A DNA stretch of 64,000 bases, taken from the NCBI GenBank assembly GCA_964385105.1, contig CAYLMU010000001.1, positions 130,252 through 194,251 on the forward strand, given 5' to 3'. Shown piece after piece: positions 48,953-58,845 of the stretch. The notes under the pieces were generated by a model. That model had not been told where the DNA came from. It searched no databases and was given only the letters and a program-made list of their open reading frames with translations. The translations under genes and the position numbers were made by a program. Origin of the DNA: an uncultured Candidatus Saccharibacteria bacterium. GTDB lineage: Bacteria > Patescibacteriota > WWE3 > UBA101185 > UBA10185. The first letter of the stretch is position 1. Each line of letters opens with the position of its first letter.

Positions 48953-49352
48953 TTTCGTTACTCCCGTATGAGAAATAAATTTTAATTGTTTTATCAGGCA
49001 ATATGTTCTCTATTATGTCAGGCCATTCAATTATTGTTATAGCGTCTTTTTCATAAAAATAATCTTCCGGGTCAATTTCTATAGCTTCGTTGGTGTCAAT
49101 TAACCGATACAAATCCAGATGATTTACAGTTTTTATTATTCCTCGGCCGTTAGTGTATTTTCTTGCCAAAACAAACGTGGGGCTTTGCACTTTTGCCTGA
49201 AAATTTAGTGCTTTTACCAGATATTGAGTAAATGTAGTTTTTCCCGAACCCAATTCGCCATAAAGTGCTATCACGTCATTAACATTAAGTTTTTTGGCTA
49301 CCTGTTTAGCCAGTCTTTGAGTTTCTTCGGTAGAAGATAATCGTATTTCCAT
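48918..49352 (-). CDS. tsaE: tRNA t6A biosynthesis ATPase
   Basis: GELGSGKTTF, SPTF, HLDLYRL and IEW motifs. Confidence 0.95.
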   Translation of the reverse strand: MEIRLSSTEETQRLAKQVAKKLNVNDVIALYGELGSGKTTFTQYLVKALNFQAKVQSPTFVLARKYTNGRGIIKTVNHLDLYRLIDTNEAIEIDPEDYFYEKDAITIIEWPDIIENILPDKTIKIYFSYGSNENERIAKIQNLH

Positions 49353-49681
49353 AAAATAACTCCGGCAAGAATTATACCTAAACTATCTACAATTATATCC
49401 TTTAAACTGGCGGATCTTTCGGGTACAAAGCTTTGGTGGTATTCGTCAGAAAGTGCAAACATAAATGAAAGCAATATAGAAACTAAAAGGTCATTTGTAG
49501 CTTTATAATAAGCAAAAAGCAAAAAAAAATATAAAATAAAGTGACCGTTTACATGAATGCCTTCACTGCCCAAACCTGATTCCTTAATTATTTGTCCGTG
49601 AATTGATGAAATACCAAAAATTATGCCCATAATTATTAAAGCAGGTAGCCATTTTTTCAAAAGAACCCGAAAATTAGTCAT
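49298..49681 (-). CDS. VanZ family protein
   Basis: SDEYHQSFVP.R...D...D motif. Confidence 0.9.
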   Translation of the reverse strand: MTNFRVLLKKWLPALIIMGIIFGISSIHGQIIKESGLGSEGIHVNGHFILYFFLLFAYYKATNDLLVSILLSFMFALSDEYHQSFVPERSASLKDIIVDSLGIILAGVILWKYDYLLPKKLKDWLNR

Positions 49682-50297
49682 AGAGCCATTTTACCATTTT
49701 AGAGGGATATTTACGGTAACCTGCAACAAATGATATTGAATATGCAAAGAGTGCAAAAGGCAGATGTATTTTATTTTTCCTAAAATTAAACGCAGTTGTG
49801 TTTGATGCATGTTCCGGTGAGACAACAGGGGTATTAGTATCAGTGATTTTAGAAGTTTCAAATGACGTGATATTGTCATTAATTTTTTGAAAGTAAGTAG
49901 GATTTTTATTAAATATAGTTAATTCATCAGTTTCATATATTTTAGCCGTCGGAATATGCAAGATTTCCATTTTTAAAGTTATTTTTTCTTGTGGTGGGTT
50001 TATGAATTTTATTTTTAGATTTTTATCTAGCGTGGGCAACCGTTCCCAAGGGGAATTCCCCAGGAGCCAGAAATTGCTATTCGTATCGAAAATTCCGGCC
50101 ACATTGTTGGGAGCATTTGGCTTTACTTTATAATCAATCAAGTCAATATCTTCACTTGTGTTTGTGAGTAAAATTATTTCACCGTTGCTGTTTAGTTTAA
50201 GTGTTTCAGGAACAAATTCTATACCAAAGTTTGTTTCGGCAGCAACCGGAGTAACCCACAAAAAATAAAGAATAGCCAAGGTTATAACTTTTAGCAT
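49674..50297 (-). CDS. Exported hypothetical protein
   Basis: Signal peptide and C-terminal hydrophobic segment. Confidence 0.7.
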   Translation of the reverse strand: MLKVITLAILYFLWVTPVAAETNFGIEFVPETLKLNSNGEIILLTNTSEDIDLIDYKVKPNAPNNVAGIFDTNSNFWLLGNSPWERLPTLDKNLKIKFINPPQEKITLKMEILHIPTAKIYETDELTIFNKNPTYFQKINDNITSFETSKITDTNTPVVSPEHASNTTAFNFRKNKIHLPFALFAYSISFVAGYRKYPSKMVKWLYD

Positions 50298-50361
50298 GAG
50301 AAAATTTTAATTAAGTGAAAATATTATTCAATATTGTAAAGTCTATTAATACTGGAACTCT

Positions 50362-51579
50362 TTATTGCAAATGCCAGTATATTGTTCTTTCTCCGTCCCC
50401 ATGGTCTATAATAGCGCCTTTTCCTATTGAATTATTTAACCACGGACAATAGACTTTTGCGTCCTGTGCATAATAAAGCACCCCGTCTTTTGCAGCTTTA
50501 ACCGGTGCTCCTGACCATTGAGATTTTGAAACTATATCTAGCGCATCATGTCCGGGAATTCCAAAGTTATTCATATAAAATGAGTAATTAGCCCCGAAAT
50601 ATTGCGTGATTTGCCAATTATCAACCGGCCACTCTAAATCGTCGTTTTCAAGGTAGGGTAGAGGGTCACGTGTTTTTCCGCCTTTAACATATCCAAAGTG
50701 TAAGTGCGGCCCTGATGAACATCCGGTGTTTCCCATGAGGCCGATAATATCCCCTTTTTCAACCTTTTCCCCATTTCCCGAAGGAAGATTTATGGCCATT
50801 TGCATAGCAGCTAATTCTGATTGCACTTGTGCCAACAAAGCCTGATATTTGTTTTCGTCGTTTTCGGTACGGGCTAATAGTTCTTCTTTATCTGCTCTTT
50901 GCTTATCCAAATCGGATTTATAGCCTAATAGGTTAGTTTTTTCTATTTCAAGCTGTTCTTTTAATAATTCTTCTTTTTCTTTTTTGTTAACGAATATGTT
51001 TTTTTGTACTCCATACGCGTCTTTGGTTTGATTCATTTCTGTTAGCATTCGGTGATCCTGTTTTTCAAGAACTTTAAGGTATTCAGCTTTTTGAATAAGT
51101 CTTGACATGGTTGTAGCGCCAAGAATTACAACAAGCGGAGTATCTTCACGTGATTTATATCTGGCTCTAATTCTTTCTCCCAATACTTCTTCCTGATAGT
51201 TTATTGAGCCTTCAAGTTTATCAATTCTGCCTGATAAATTTTCAATGTCAGAACCAAGTTTAATAATTTGTTCCTGTTTATTTACAATGGCTGCTTCTGA
51301 TTGGCTTATTCTAAGTTCAGTAAGTGATATTTGTGAATTTGCATAGTCAATTTGTTGTTGTAGTGATTTTTCCTGTGCTTGTAAGTCTTTTATTTTATCT
51401 TCATACTCTTTAATTTTTTCCTGCAGCTCTTTCATGTTTTCGTTAATCTCTTCGTCTTCTGTGTCATCATTGTCTGATGCTCCAAAAATTGCATAACGAT
51501 TGGGATGTGCTTCAACCGCAGCACCAAGGCTAAAGGTAACGGATATTAAAATAAGAGCAAGTAAAATTTTTAATTTCAT
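50362..51579 (-). CDS. Coiled-coil peptidoglycan hydrolase with M23 domain (FtsEX partner)
   Basis: Signal peptide, PcsB/EnvC-like coiled coil, GPHLHF and HDALD motifs. Confidence 0.88.
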   Translation of the reverse strand: MKLKILLALILISVTFSLGAAVEAHPNRYAIFGASDNDDTEDEEINENMKELQEKIKEYEDKIKDLQAQEKSLQQQIDYANSQISLTELRISQSEAAIVNKQEQIIKLGSDIENLSGRIDKLEGSINYQEEVLGERIRARYKSREDTPLVVILGATTMSRLIQKAEYLKVLEKQDHRMLTEMNQTKDAYGVQKNIFVNKKEKEELLKEQLEIEKTNLLGYKSDLDKQRADKEELLARTENDENKYQALLAQVQSELAAMQMAINLPSGNGEKVEKGDIIGLMGNTGCSSGPHLHFGYVKGGKTRDPLPYLENDDLEWPVDNWQITQYFGANYSFYMNNFGIPGHDALDIVSKSQWSGAPVKAAKDGVLYYAQDAKVYCPWLNNSIGKGAIIDHGDGERTIYWHLQ

Positions 51580-51580
51580 A

Positions 51581-52447
51581 TCAGTATTTTAGATATTTTT
51601 TTATGGCAGTCTGGCTTCCGAAGTATCCAAGCAATGCACCGAGAATCATCAAAATCAGACAAACACCCAATATAAAAGCAAGAAAATGAATTGCAAATTC
51701 CGGAAAAAATGAAAATTCCACATAATTAGCCAGTCCTATAATTTGTAGAATAATCGCTATGAGTAACAGCACCAAGGAGGCGATTAATGATGAACTTACA
51801 CCAAAAAATAATCCCTGTTGTATTAATGGTTTTTTCACGTATGCATCTGATGCTCCGACCAATTTAAGTATTTCAAGTTCTTTACCTTTTGAATTAATAG
51901 TTATTCTGAGGGTTATTAACACCACGGCAAATGAAATTAACATGAGCACGACTGTGAGCAGAAAACCTATTGTATAAGCAATCCCGCTCCAATATTTGAA
52001 TCTTTCAATAACATCCTGCCTATAAACAACCTCTTCAACCCCGTCTAACGTTATGAGTTCCTCCGACATAACAGTAAGGTCGGCAAGGTCTTTTGTTCTT
52101 ATTTCAAGGCTGGCCGGTAATATTTCTGCTGATGCCGCTTCTAATAAAATGGGGTCATCCTTATTTTCTTCAACAAAAATTGCCAGCGCATCCTGTTTTG
52201 AAATATAACTTACCTGTGAGATTCTTTCATCATTTTCGAGTTCGGTTTTAAGGGCCAAAATATCTGACTCCGGAAACTCATCTTTAAAAAACAATGAAAC
52301 TTGTGCCTGTTTTTCAAGAGCTCTTATACCTGTTTGGGTTAATGCAATAAGTGCGATGAAGGTACCAAGTGTTAAGAATGTGAACGCCATCACACCAATA
52401 TTTGAAAGTGTCAGTAATTTTTCTCTTTTTAAATTTTGTAGCATCAT
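51581..52447 (-). CDS. ftsX: Cell division permease
   Basis: 4 TM helices, ILKLVGAS motif; downstream of ftsE. Confidence 0.93.
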   Translation of the reverse strand: MMLQNLKREKLLTLSNIGVMAFTFLTLGTFIALIALTQTGIRALEKQAQVSLFFKDEFPESDILALKTELENDERISQVSYISKQDALAIFVEENKDDPILLEAASAEILPASLEIRTKDLADLTVMSEELITLDGVEEVVYRQDVIERFKYWSGIAYTIGFLLTVVLMLISFAVVLITLRITINSKGKELEILKLVGASDAYVKKPLIQQGLFFGVSSSLIASLVLLLIAIILQIIGLANYVEFSFFPEFAIHFLAFILGVCLILMILGALLGYFGSQTAIKKYLKY

Positions 52448-53124
52448 TTATAACTTCCTTCCTTTTTGTCAAATACCAGCTTACCTCCCTCAAGTCTTAT
52501 AACCCTTTTTCTAAGTTTGTCTACCACGTTCTGATCATGCGTAGCCATCAAAATAGTAGTACCAAGTGAGTTTACACGCTCCAAAACCTCTATTACCTCT
52601 TCACTGGCATCGGGGTCAATCATTCCCGTAGGCTCATCAGCAATAATAACGTCAGGTTCATGTGCCAACGCCCTTGCAATTGCAAGTCTTTGTTTTTCAC
52701 CTCCCGATAAAGAATATGGAAAATTACGCATTTTGTGTTGAAGACCTACTAAATTTAACACATTAGGCACTACCTCATTAACTACGTGTGAATCGCTATC
52801 AACTACCTCAAGAGCAACTGCCACATTTTCAAATACATTTTTTGAATCCAAAATTCTAAAATCCTGAAACACCACTCCAATTTTTCTGCGTAAATTGGGA
52901 ATTTCCGCTTGCGAAAGTTCTAAAATATTTTGATTGTTAAATAAAACAGTTCCCTCATCAGGATATTCCTCTCGAACCAGCATTTTAATTAAAGTAGACT
53001 TGCCGGCTCCCGAAGGCCCTACCAAAAATACGAATTCTTCATTATCAATACTAAAGCTTACATTTTCAAGAGCGGTGAAGTCATTGTATTTTTTTGTAAT
53101 ATTTTTAAATTCGATTTGATGCAT
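52444..53124 (-). CDS. ftsE: Cell division ATP-binding protein
   Basis: GPSGAGKST, VVFQDFR, LSGGE and ADEPTG motifs. Confidence 0.94.
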   Translation of the reverse strand: MHQIEFKNITKKYNDFTALENVSFSIDNEEFVFLVGPSGAGKSTLIKMLVREEYPDEGTVLFNNQNILELSQAEIPNLRRKIGVVFQDFRILDSKNVFENVAVALEVVDSDSHVVNEVVPNVLNLVGLQHKMRNFPYSLSGGEKQRLAIARALAHEPDVIIADEPTGMIDPDASEEVIEVLERVNSLGTTILMATHDQNVVDKLRKRVIRLEGGKLVFDKKEGSYK

Positions 53125-53552
53125 TAGTTTTGTTTAATTATAACCTTATCAACTTCCAAAATTTCTTTTTTTCCGTCTTTTGTTTTAACTTTTTTACCCT
53201 GGGCAATAACATGTAGACCTTCGGATACCTGAAGCTTTTGATCTTTGGCTTTTAACAAAATAATCTCTTTTCCTTGCTGATCTGCTAAATAAAATGAAAC
53301 GTTGTCATTAGGGTAAAAATTGGAATCTACAAATGTAACAATTCCTTCATAAGTATCGGAATTTTCATCCACTAAAGTTTCTTCAACATTATTTTCTGAA
53401 ATTTCAGAACTTTTTAATAATTTTTTTATAGTATAGTTTGAGATCGCACCTATGAGAATAAATAGTACAAAACTGCCCAAAAGAACAAAGGCAAGTTTTT
53501 TGCCTTTTAAAGTTTCGGCTCGGTCGTGAAGTTGTTTGAGCAGGTTTGTCAT
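53124..53552 (-). CDS. Membrane-anchored hypothetical protein
   Basis: One TM helix; coupled to ftsE. Confidence 0.7.
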   Translation of the reverse strand: MTNLLKQLHDRAETLKGKKLAFVLLGSFVLFILIGAISNYTIKKLLKSSEISENNVEETLVDENSDTYEGIVTFVDSNFYPNDNVSFYLADQQGKEIILLKAKDQKLQVSEGLHVIAQGKKVKTKDGKKEILEVDKVIIKQN

Positions 53553-53583
53553 AACGTACTTATTATACAGTATTGGAAAGATT

Positions 53584-54030
53584 ATGAACCAATATGTACT
53601 AAAAGTTATTATACCTGATGAATCAGATACGAACCAATTTACGGTTTATCTTTTTGACCCCGAAAAACACTATTTAATTTCAATAACAACAGACCGTTGG
53701 GCATGTGAGTCAATTTTATTGGCGAAACAAAATTTAAAACTTATTCGTCCACATATTCATGACACTTTATATAGACTTTTGAGGTGTTTTGATTCAGAAG
53801 TTCAATGCATTTACATATACAAAGTTTTGGATGATGTGTTTTATGCTTATTTAAGGTTGGTCAAAAACGGACATGTGCTTGATTTGGATATAAAGGTTAC
53901 AGATGCAATAAGTATGAGTTTTAGATTTAATGTTCCTATATTTATAGCAGACGATGTGGTTAACCGGGTTGGGATTAAAATTACAAAAGAGCTACTGGAA
54001 AAAAGCCTTGAATTTAATGAAGAATATTAA
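53584..54030 (+). CDS. Bifunctional nuclease (DUF151) family protein
   Basis: RPHIHD, VFYAYL and D.K.TDAI...VPIF motifs. Confidence 0.8.
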   Translation: MNQYVLKVIIPDESDTNQFTVYLFDPEKHYLISITTDRWACESILLAKQNLKLIRPHIHDTLYRLLRCFDSEVQCIYIYKVLDDVFYAYLRLVKNGHVLDLDIKVTDAISMSFRFNVPIFIADDVVNRVGIKITKELLEKSLEFNEEY

Positions 54031-54132
54031 ATGTTTCTTAAAGTATGAGGCGACGTCATAGATAGTTGGCGTGAAAAAAAGCTAGACCCGGTAAGATGTT
54101 GTTAAACATGTTACCGGGTCGTGGGTTTGGAG

Positions 54133-54327
54133 TTAAAAAATCCCTAATATTGTGGCAATTGCGACAATCACCACAAGGATTAGGAAACCGAATAGTGCAA
54201 TTCTCCGAATAATTCGCGGAGAAATTGCAGGTATTGCAAATGCTGCAATACAAAACGCCACACCCAATAAGATTCCTGCAAGACAACCTAGCGGTGTCGT
54301 AAACAAAAAAATTACAAGGTTTTCCAC
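54133..54327 (-). CDS. Small membrane protein
   Basis: GGAGG RBS before GTG; two TM helices; downstream hairpin. Confidence 0.6.
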   Translation of the reverse strand: MENLVIFLFTTPLGCLAGILLGVAFCIAAFAIPAISPRIIRRIALFGFLILVVIVAIATILGIF

Positions 54328-54407
54328 AATATCCTCCCTATTGTTGCGGGTAATTATATATATATTATACCCTATAGTATGTTCGAGTGCAAGGCTACAA
54401 AAAAAGG

Positions 54408-55484
54408 TTATAAATAAAGTTCAATATTTGTATTATGTTCTACTAGTGTTTGAGCATAGTGTGTAATTCCAGATGAGTCTGTTAAATAGTAGTAGTAGTC
54501 GCTGGTTTCATAATTAACCACAGCTTCAATAGAATTTAATCCCGGGTTAGCTATTGGAGTAGGGGGGAGTCCGGGCATTTTTCGAGTGTTATAAGGGCTT
54601 TCAAGCTCAAGTTCAGCAATTGTGAGATCGTGTGGCCACCAGTTTATATTTTGGTTTTCATCCATGTTTGTGCAAATTTGTGCAGGATTTTCAGAGCATC
54701 CATAACGCAATGCTGCAATTGTATACTGAGTTGTGGCATCGGCGCCTACTAATTCTCCATCACGCCACCTTTTTATTAAAATTCCGGCTACAATTGGTCT
54801 GTCTTCTGAAGTGTTTACTTCACGCTCAACAATTGATGCAAGTATTATTGTCTCTTCTTTGGTTAATCCTGCTTTAGTCAATGATTCTTGAGATAAAAGC
54901 TCGTTTGTCTTAGATTCAAATGTTGCTAGTAGTGCCTGTAATACCGTCTCTTCATCTGCATTTATATTAAAATTATATGTATCGGGAAATAAATAACCTT
55001 CATGTTCTTTTGCTATTTTTAGAAAATCTATGTAGTCAACGTTTTTTAGCTCAAGGCTTAAATGTTTGGCTACCTCTTCAGCGCGCCAACCCTCAAGTAC
55101 CGTTATATTTTTGTCATTGGTGCCATGCTGCAAAATTTGAGCAAGGTCTTTTAGAGAAGTTCCAGCGGGTATGGTGTAAATGCCTGCCTGAATATTGTTT
55201 TGCAGCTGATTTATTGTAACGTAAAATTTAAACAAAAATTCAGAATTTATGACATCATTTTGGTAAAGCAATGAGGCGATTTCAGATGTGCTATCACCTG
55301 TTTCAATCTCAAGTGTGACTTCGTTTCCGGTTTGAGAGGGTCGATTTACCGCAAAACTATAATATAAATACATTAACATCGGAAGAATGAATACTACAAA
55401 AAGTATTGAACCTGCTATTAAGAACTTTTTTCCTTTAGGTGAAATCATATGATATTTGTTAGAGTCTAAATCTCCTGTAGCCAT
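54408..55484 (-). CDS. mltG: Endolytic transglycosylase
   Basis: EGYLFPDTY, ASIVERE and SPYNT...GLPPTPIANPG motifs. Confidence 0.95.
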   Translation of the reverse strand: MATGDLDSNKYHMISPKGKKFLIAGSILFVVFILPMLMYLYYSFAVNRPSQTGNEVTLEIETGDSTSEIASLLYQNDVINSEFLFKFYVTINQLQNNIQAGIYTIPAGTSLKDLAQILQHGTNDKNITVLEGWRAEEVAKHLSLELKNVDYIDFLKIAKEHEGYLFPDTYNFNINADEETVLQALLATFESKTNELLSQESLTKAGLTKEETIILASIVEREVNTSEDRPIVAGILIKRWRDGELVGADATTQYTIAALRYGCSENPAQICTNMDENQNINWWPHDLTIAELELESPYNTRKMPGLPPTPIANPGLNSIEAVVNYETSDYYYYLTDSSGITHYAQTLVEHNTNIELYL

Positions 55485-55544
55485 ACATCAATAATTTTAG
55501 CATATTCAAAATCATATTTGGGTTTTCTATGGTATAATTCTGAC

Positions 55545-55859
55545 AGGAAGTCGAGAGGTCGCCTTTTTTTAAAGGAGGAAAGTCCAGACTGCACAGAGCA
55601 GGGGATGGAACGCAAGTTCCGACGGGTAACCGCTGGTGTTTCAAGGCGAAAGCCAAGAAAACAGGGTATGAATTGACATATCTTGAGAGCAACAGAGACG
55701 AGCTTTTTCCTACATCTTTACGATAAGGAAAAAGTGTGAAACGGGCAATCCCACCCGCAGCAATCCACGAATTTACCGTTTTAAGCCGGCTCGGCAAGGT
55801 ATAAAGATGGAGCATAGATAGATGACCTTTTAAAACAGAATCTGGCTTACGGACTTCCT
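55545..55859 (+). ncRNA. rnpB: RNase P RNA
   Basis: GAGGAAAGTCC and AACAGAA...GGCTTA conserved boxes; P1 AGGAAGTC/GACTTCCT; TGGTATAAT upstream. Confidence 0.93.
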
Positions 55860-55873
55860 ATTTTAATAAAATT

Positions 55874-56872
55874 TTAGTTTATCGGCGGGGTATAACGCAA
55901 TACACGCTTTAATATAATCACTGAAATCATCATAGTCGGTACGGCAATTATTGCTCCGATTACACCAAGTAATGTACTGCCGACCAAAAGTGCAATTAAA
56001 ATTACAAGCGGGCTAAATCCCGAAACTCGATGCATAATTTTTGGAACTAAAAAGTTATTTTCAAGTTGTTGAATTAAAGTAAATAGTCCTATTACCGCGA
56101 TTCCTTTAGTTACAGAGTCTGAAAAACCTACGATTCCGGCAAGAATTAAAGCAATAATGGGGCCAAGTACCGGAACAATTTCAAGTAATCCTGCAATTAA
56201 GCTCAACGCTACAGGGGATTCAATTTGTAAAACCATCAAGCCCACAAAACTCATGATACCCACAACCAGCATCAAAAACATCTGGCCTTTAACCCAATGG
56301 CCTATGCTTGTTTCAATTTCACGTATAGTGCTTTGTATTTCTTCCTTTAAATCCCCAGTAAATAAAGATAAAAACCTACTTTTTATATTTAGCCAGTCAA
56401 GTGACATGTAAACTGAAATAATTAAGACGCTAAAGATTCCTGCTACACCTGAAAATAAACTAAACGTTGTAGTAAATATATTTTCTGAGACACTGGAAAA
56501 TCTTGATAACAATCCCGGAACTGAAAAGTCCGAATCTTCCATACCCGGAATTTCTTTAATAAATTGTGAAATGTTCACAAATAGTTTCTGACTTTGAGCA
56601 ACAACCGGCTGGAATCCGATTGTTAATATGGCAATAAGTACGAATATCAAGAGAAAATAAGTGATTAAAACTGCAGCACTTCGTGAAAGCGGCTTATTAA
56701 AAACCTTTTGGCCTTGAAAAAACATGACCGCATGTTCTACCGAAATCACTATAATTAAAGCTACAGCCAAAATAATAATAATCGGACGCACCATGTATAA
56801 CAGGTAAAACAAAAAAAGCAAAGATAGGGTTAAAATTATAGTTTTAAGCGAAATGACTATATCTTTATCCAT
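55874..56872 (-). CDS. AI-2E family transporter
   Basis: WVKGQ, PVLGP, QQLENN.LVP and AVP motifs. Confidence 0.92.
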   Translation of the reverse strand: MDKDIVISLKTIILTLSLLFLFYLLYMVRPIIIILAVALIIVISVEHAVMFFQGQKVFNKPLSRSAAVLITYFLLIFVLIAILTIGFQPVVAQSQKLFVNISQFIKEIPGMEDSDFSVPGLLSRFSSVSENIFTTTFSLFSGVAGIFSVLIISVYMSLDWLNIKSRFLSLFTGDLKEEIQSTIREIETSIGHWVKGQMFLMLVVGIMSFVGLMVLQIESPVALSLIAGLLEIVPVLGPIIALILAGIVGFSDSVTKGIAVIGLFTLIQQLENNFLVPKIMHRVSGFSPLVILIALLVGSTLLGVIGAIIAVPTMMISVIILKRVLRYTPPIN

Positions 56873-56907
56873 TGCATTAATAATAACAAATATAAAGGTT
56901 TATAACA

Positions 56908-57816
56908 TCACGCAGTTGGGATGTTTGTAGTGTCTGACACATCTACCCACTTAATTTCAGGATTTTTTTTGAACCAGGTTTGTTGTCTTCTTATATATGC
57001 GTGCAAATCATACATTGCCCTTTGCATTGCACTTTCCTTTTCGTCATTGCCTTGGACATAATCTTTTACATTTTTATAAATTAATCCATTCAACTTTTGT
57101 GAATCGGGGAAGTTTTGCATTAAAAATTCGGTTTCTTCAACTAAACCATTTTGCCAAACCGACTTTAGCCAATTATCGGCTTTTTGGTAGAGAAGTGGTC
57201 GCGGCATTGTGAAACCCGTAAATTCATAATTATTTATTTTTAGCTGAGGTAATGTTTTTTTTGGTTTATTTTTGTTTAATTCTTTTTCTATTGCTCTAAC
57301 TAATCTGGATTTATTTTTAATATCAATATTTTTGTAGGCCTTTTTGTTTAACGACGTCAATTTTGCCTGCAGGTTTTCTAGTGACTCTGACTCAAGCTCT
57401 TTTCTTAATTCAAAATCAGGCTCTACACCTTCAAGTTGCTTTCTACCTGTTACAATGTCTACGTATAAACCTGTTCCTCCAACTAGCATTAGTGAATCAT
57501 ACTCAAAATTTTCAATTAATTCATTAAGCTTATTTATAGCAAACTCGGCATAATCAAAAGCTGAAAAATACATGTCAGGTGTTGTTAAATCATAACCCCA
57601 TATGTCAATTCCGTCTAAAGTCCAATAGTTGTTCCCTTTTTTCACATTTATACCAATGTCAACAGGTACTTTGCCTGTACCTATATCCATATACTTATAC
57701 ATCTGCCTTGAATCCGCAGAAACAATAACCCCATTACTTTTTTGGCACATACTAAGAGCATAATTTGTTTTTCCAGTAGATGTAGGCCCTACTATAACTT
57801 GTAACGTATTTATCAT
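56908..57816 (-). CDS. miaA: tRNA dimethylallyltransferase
   Basis: GPTSTGKT, SADSRQ, VGGTGLY and RRQ.TWF motifs. Confidence 0.95.
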   Translation of the reverse strand: MINTLQVIVGPTSTGKTNYALSMCQKSNGVIVSADSRQMYKYMDIGTGKVPVDIGINVKKGNNYWTLDGIDIWGYDLTTPDMYFSAFDYAEFAINKLNELIENFEYDSLMLVGGTGLYVDIVTGRKQLEGVEPDFELRKELESESLENLQAKLTSLNKKAYKNIDIKNKSRLVRAIEKELNKNKPKKTLPQLKINNYEFTGFTMPRPLLYQKADNWLKSVWQNGLVEETEFLMQNFPDSQKLNGLIYKNVKDYVQGNDEKESAMQRAMYDLHAYIRRQQTWFKKNPEIKWVDVSDTTNIPTA

Positions 57817-57874
57817 AATTTTAGATTACCACGAATCATTTAGAATTATGGGTTTTTTTGTTATAGTAAATACA

Positions 57875-58282
57875 ATGAACCATATGAACAAGCGCCTCCT
57901 AATTTTATCTATAATAACAGCTTTTTCTACTATGTTATATTTTTACAGCCAGCAAAAAGAAATCTTAGAATTAAAATTTGCAAAAGATATACTTTCATTT
58001 AGTGTTATTTTTTATTGTATTTGGACTATAGCAGGAGTAATTTTTAATGAACTTCAGTTCAATAGTAAAGAAATTGCAGTATTAACAACTTTCTTTGTAA
58101 TGAACTTTTTGTGGTATGCTGCCGGTGAGTGGTCTGCTCTACTCTTTTTGTCTTTGCCAGTGCAGTTTTTTGGGATTGTTTCACTAAAGGTGTTTATGCG
58201 GTTTGTTGAGTCTTATACGTTGGGTGGGGTGCATATGGTGGAAGAAAACGGCTCAGAAGTGGAAAAACAGATAATCCTATAG
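57875..58282 (+). CDS. Hypothetical membrane protein
   Basis: Four hydrophobic segments; start uncertain. Confidence 0.6.
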   Translation: MNHMNKRLLILSIITAFSTMLYFYSQQKEILELKFAKDILSFSVIFYCIWTIAGVIFNELQFNSKEIAVLTTFFVMNFLWYAAGEWSALLFLSLPVQFFGIVSLKVFMRFVESYTLGGVHMVEENGSEVEKQIIL

Positions 58283-58365
58283 TTTACGAAATGCCATAAA
58301 TATAGTAGAATACTTCAAGATTTATAGATATCCGTAGTTTCTACGTCAAACAAGGAGAGAATGAG

Positions 58366-58758
58366 ATGCCATTTCCGGTAATTTTAGGTTTAGATGGAAC
58401 GCCTCAAAGTATTTTGGATGAAATTGATAAGCGCCTTAGAGAAGTAATTTCCTTAACTATGGATTGTCCTAGTAGTTGGGTTGTACCATTTTTTCCTGCC
58501 GACCTGAGAAAGAATCCTGGTCACACAACTATTTATGTTCAGTTGGATACTGCAATGTTTTATGCATTGGTTGGCGATAATAACATGGCACAATCTGACA
58601 GAGAACAAATGGAAGAAAAGGTGCTTGAGGTTTTGAATGCTATTGCTACAGTTATCCAAGAATTTCTACCACAAAAGGAAGTTGAAGGATGGTTGGGCAA
58701 TTTCAATCCCGGTTTCAAAGTGCTTCTATCGCCAGGTGTAATTCCTTCTGAATCGTAA
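58366..58758 (+). CDS. Hypothetical protein, possible tautomerase-like fold
   Basis: AAGGAGAG RBS; Pro at position 2. Confidence 0.6.
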   Translation: MPFPVILGLDGTPQSILDEIDKRLREVISLTMDCPSSWVVPFFPADLRKNPGHTTIYVQLDTAMFYALVGDNNMAQSDREQMEEKVLEVLNAIATVIQEFLPQKEVEGWLGNFNPGFKVLLSPGVIPSES

Positions 58759-58845
58759 GCATCCTAATTACCCTTAACTTTGGATTTTATAAATAGTATG
58801 TAACGGGTGAAAGCATACAACCATTATATAAAATGGTCCCGTTTC

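Noticed and set aside
55459-55815. 118-aa minus-strand ORF
   Set aside because: Antisense to RNase P RNA
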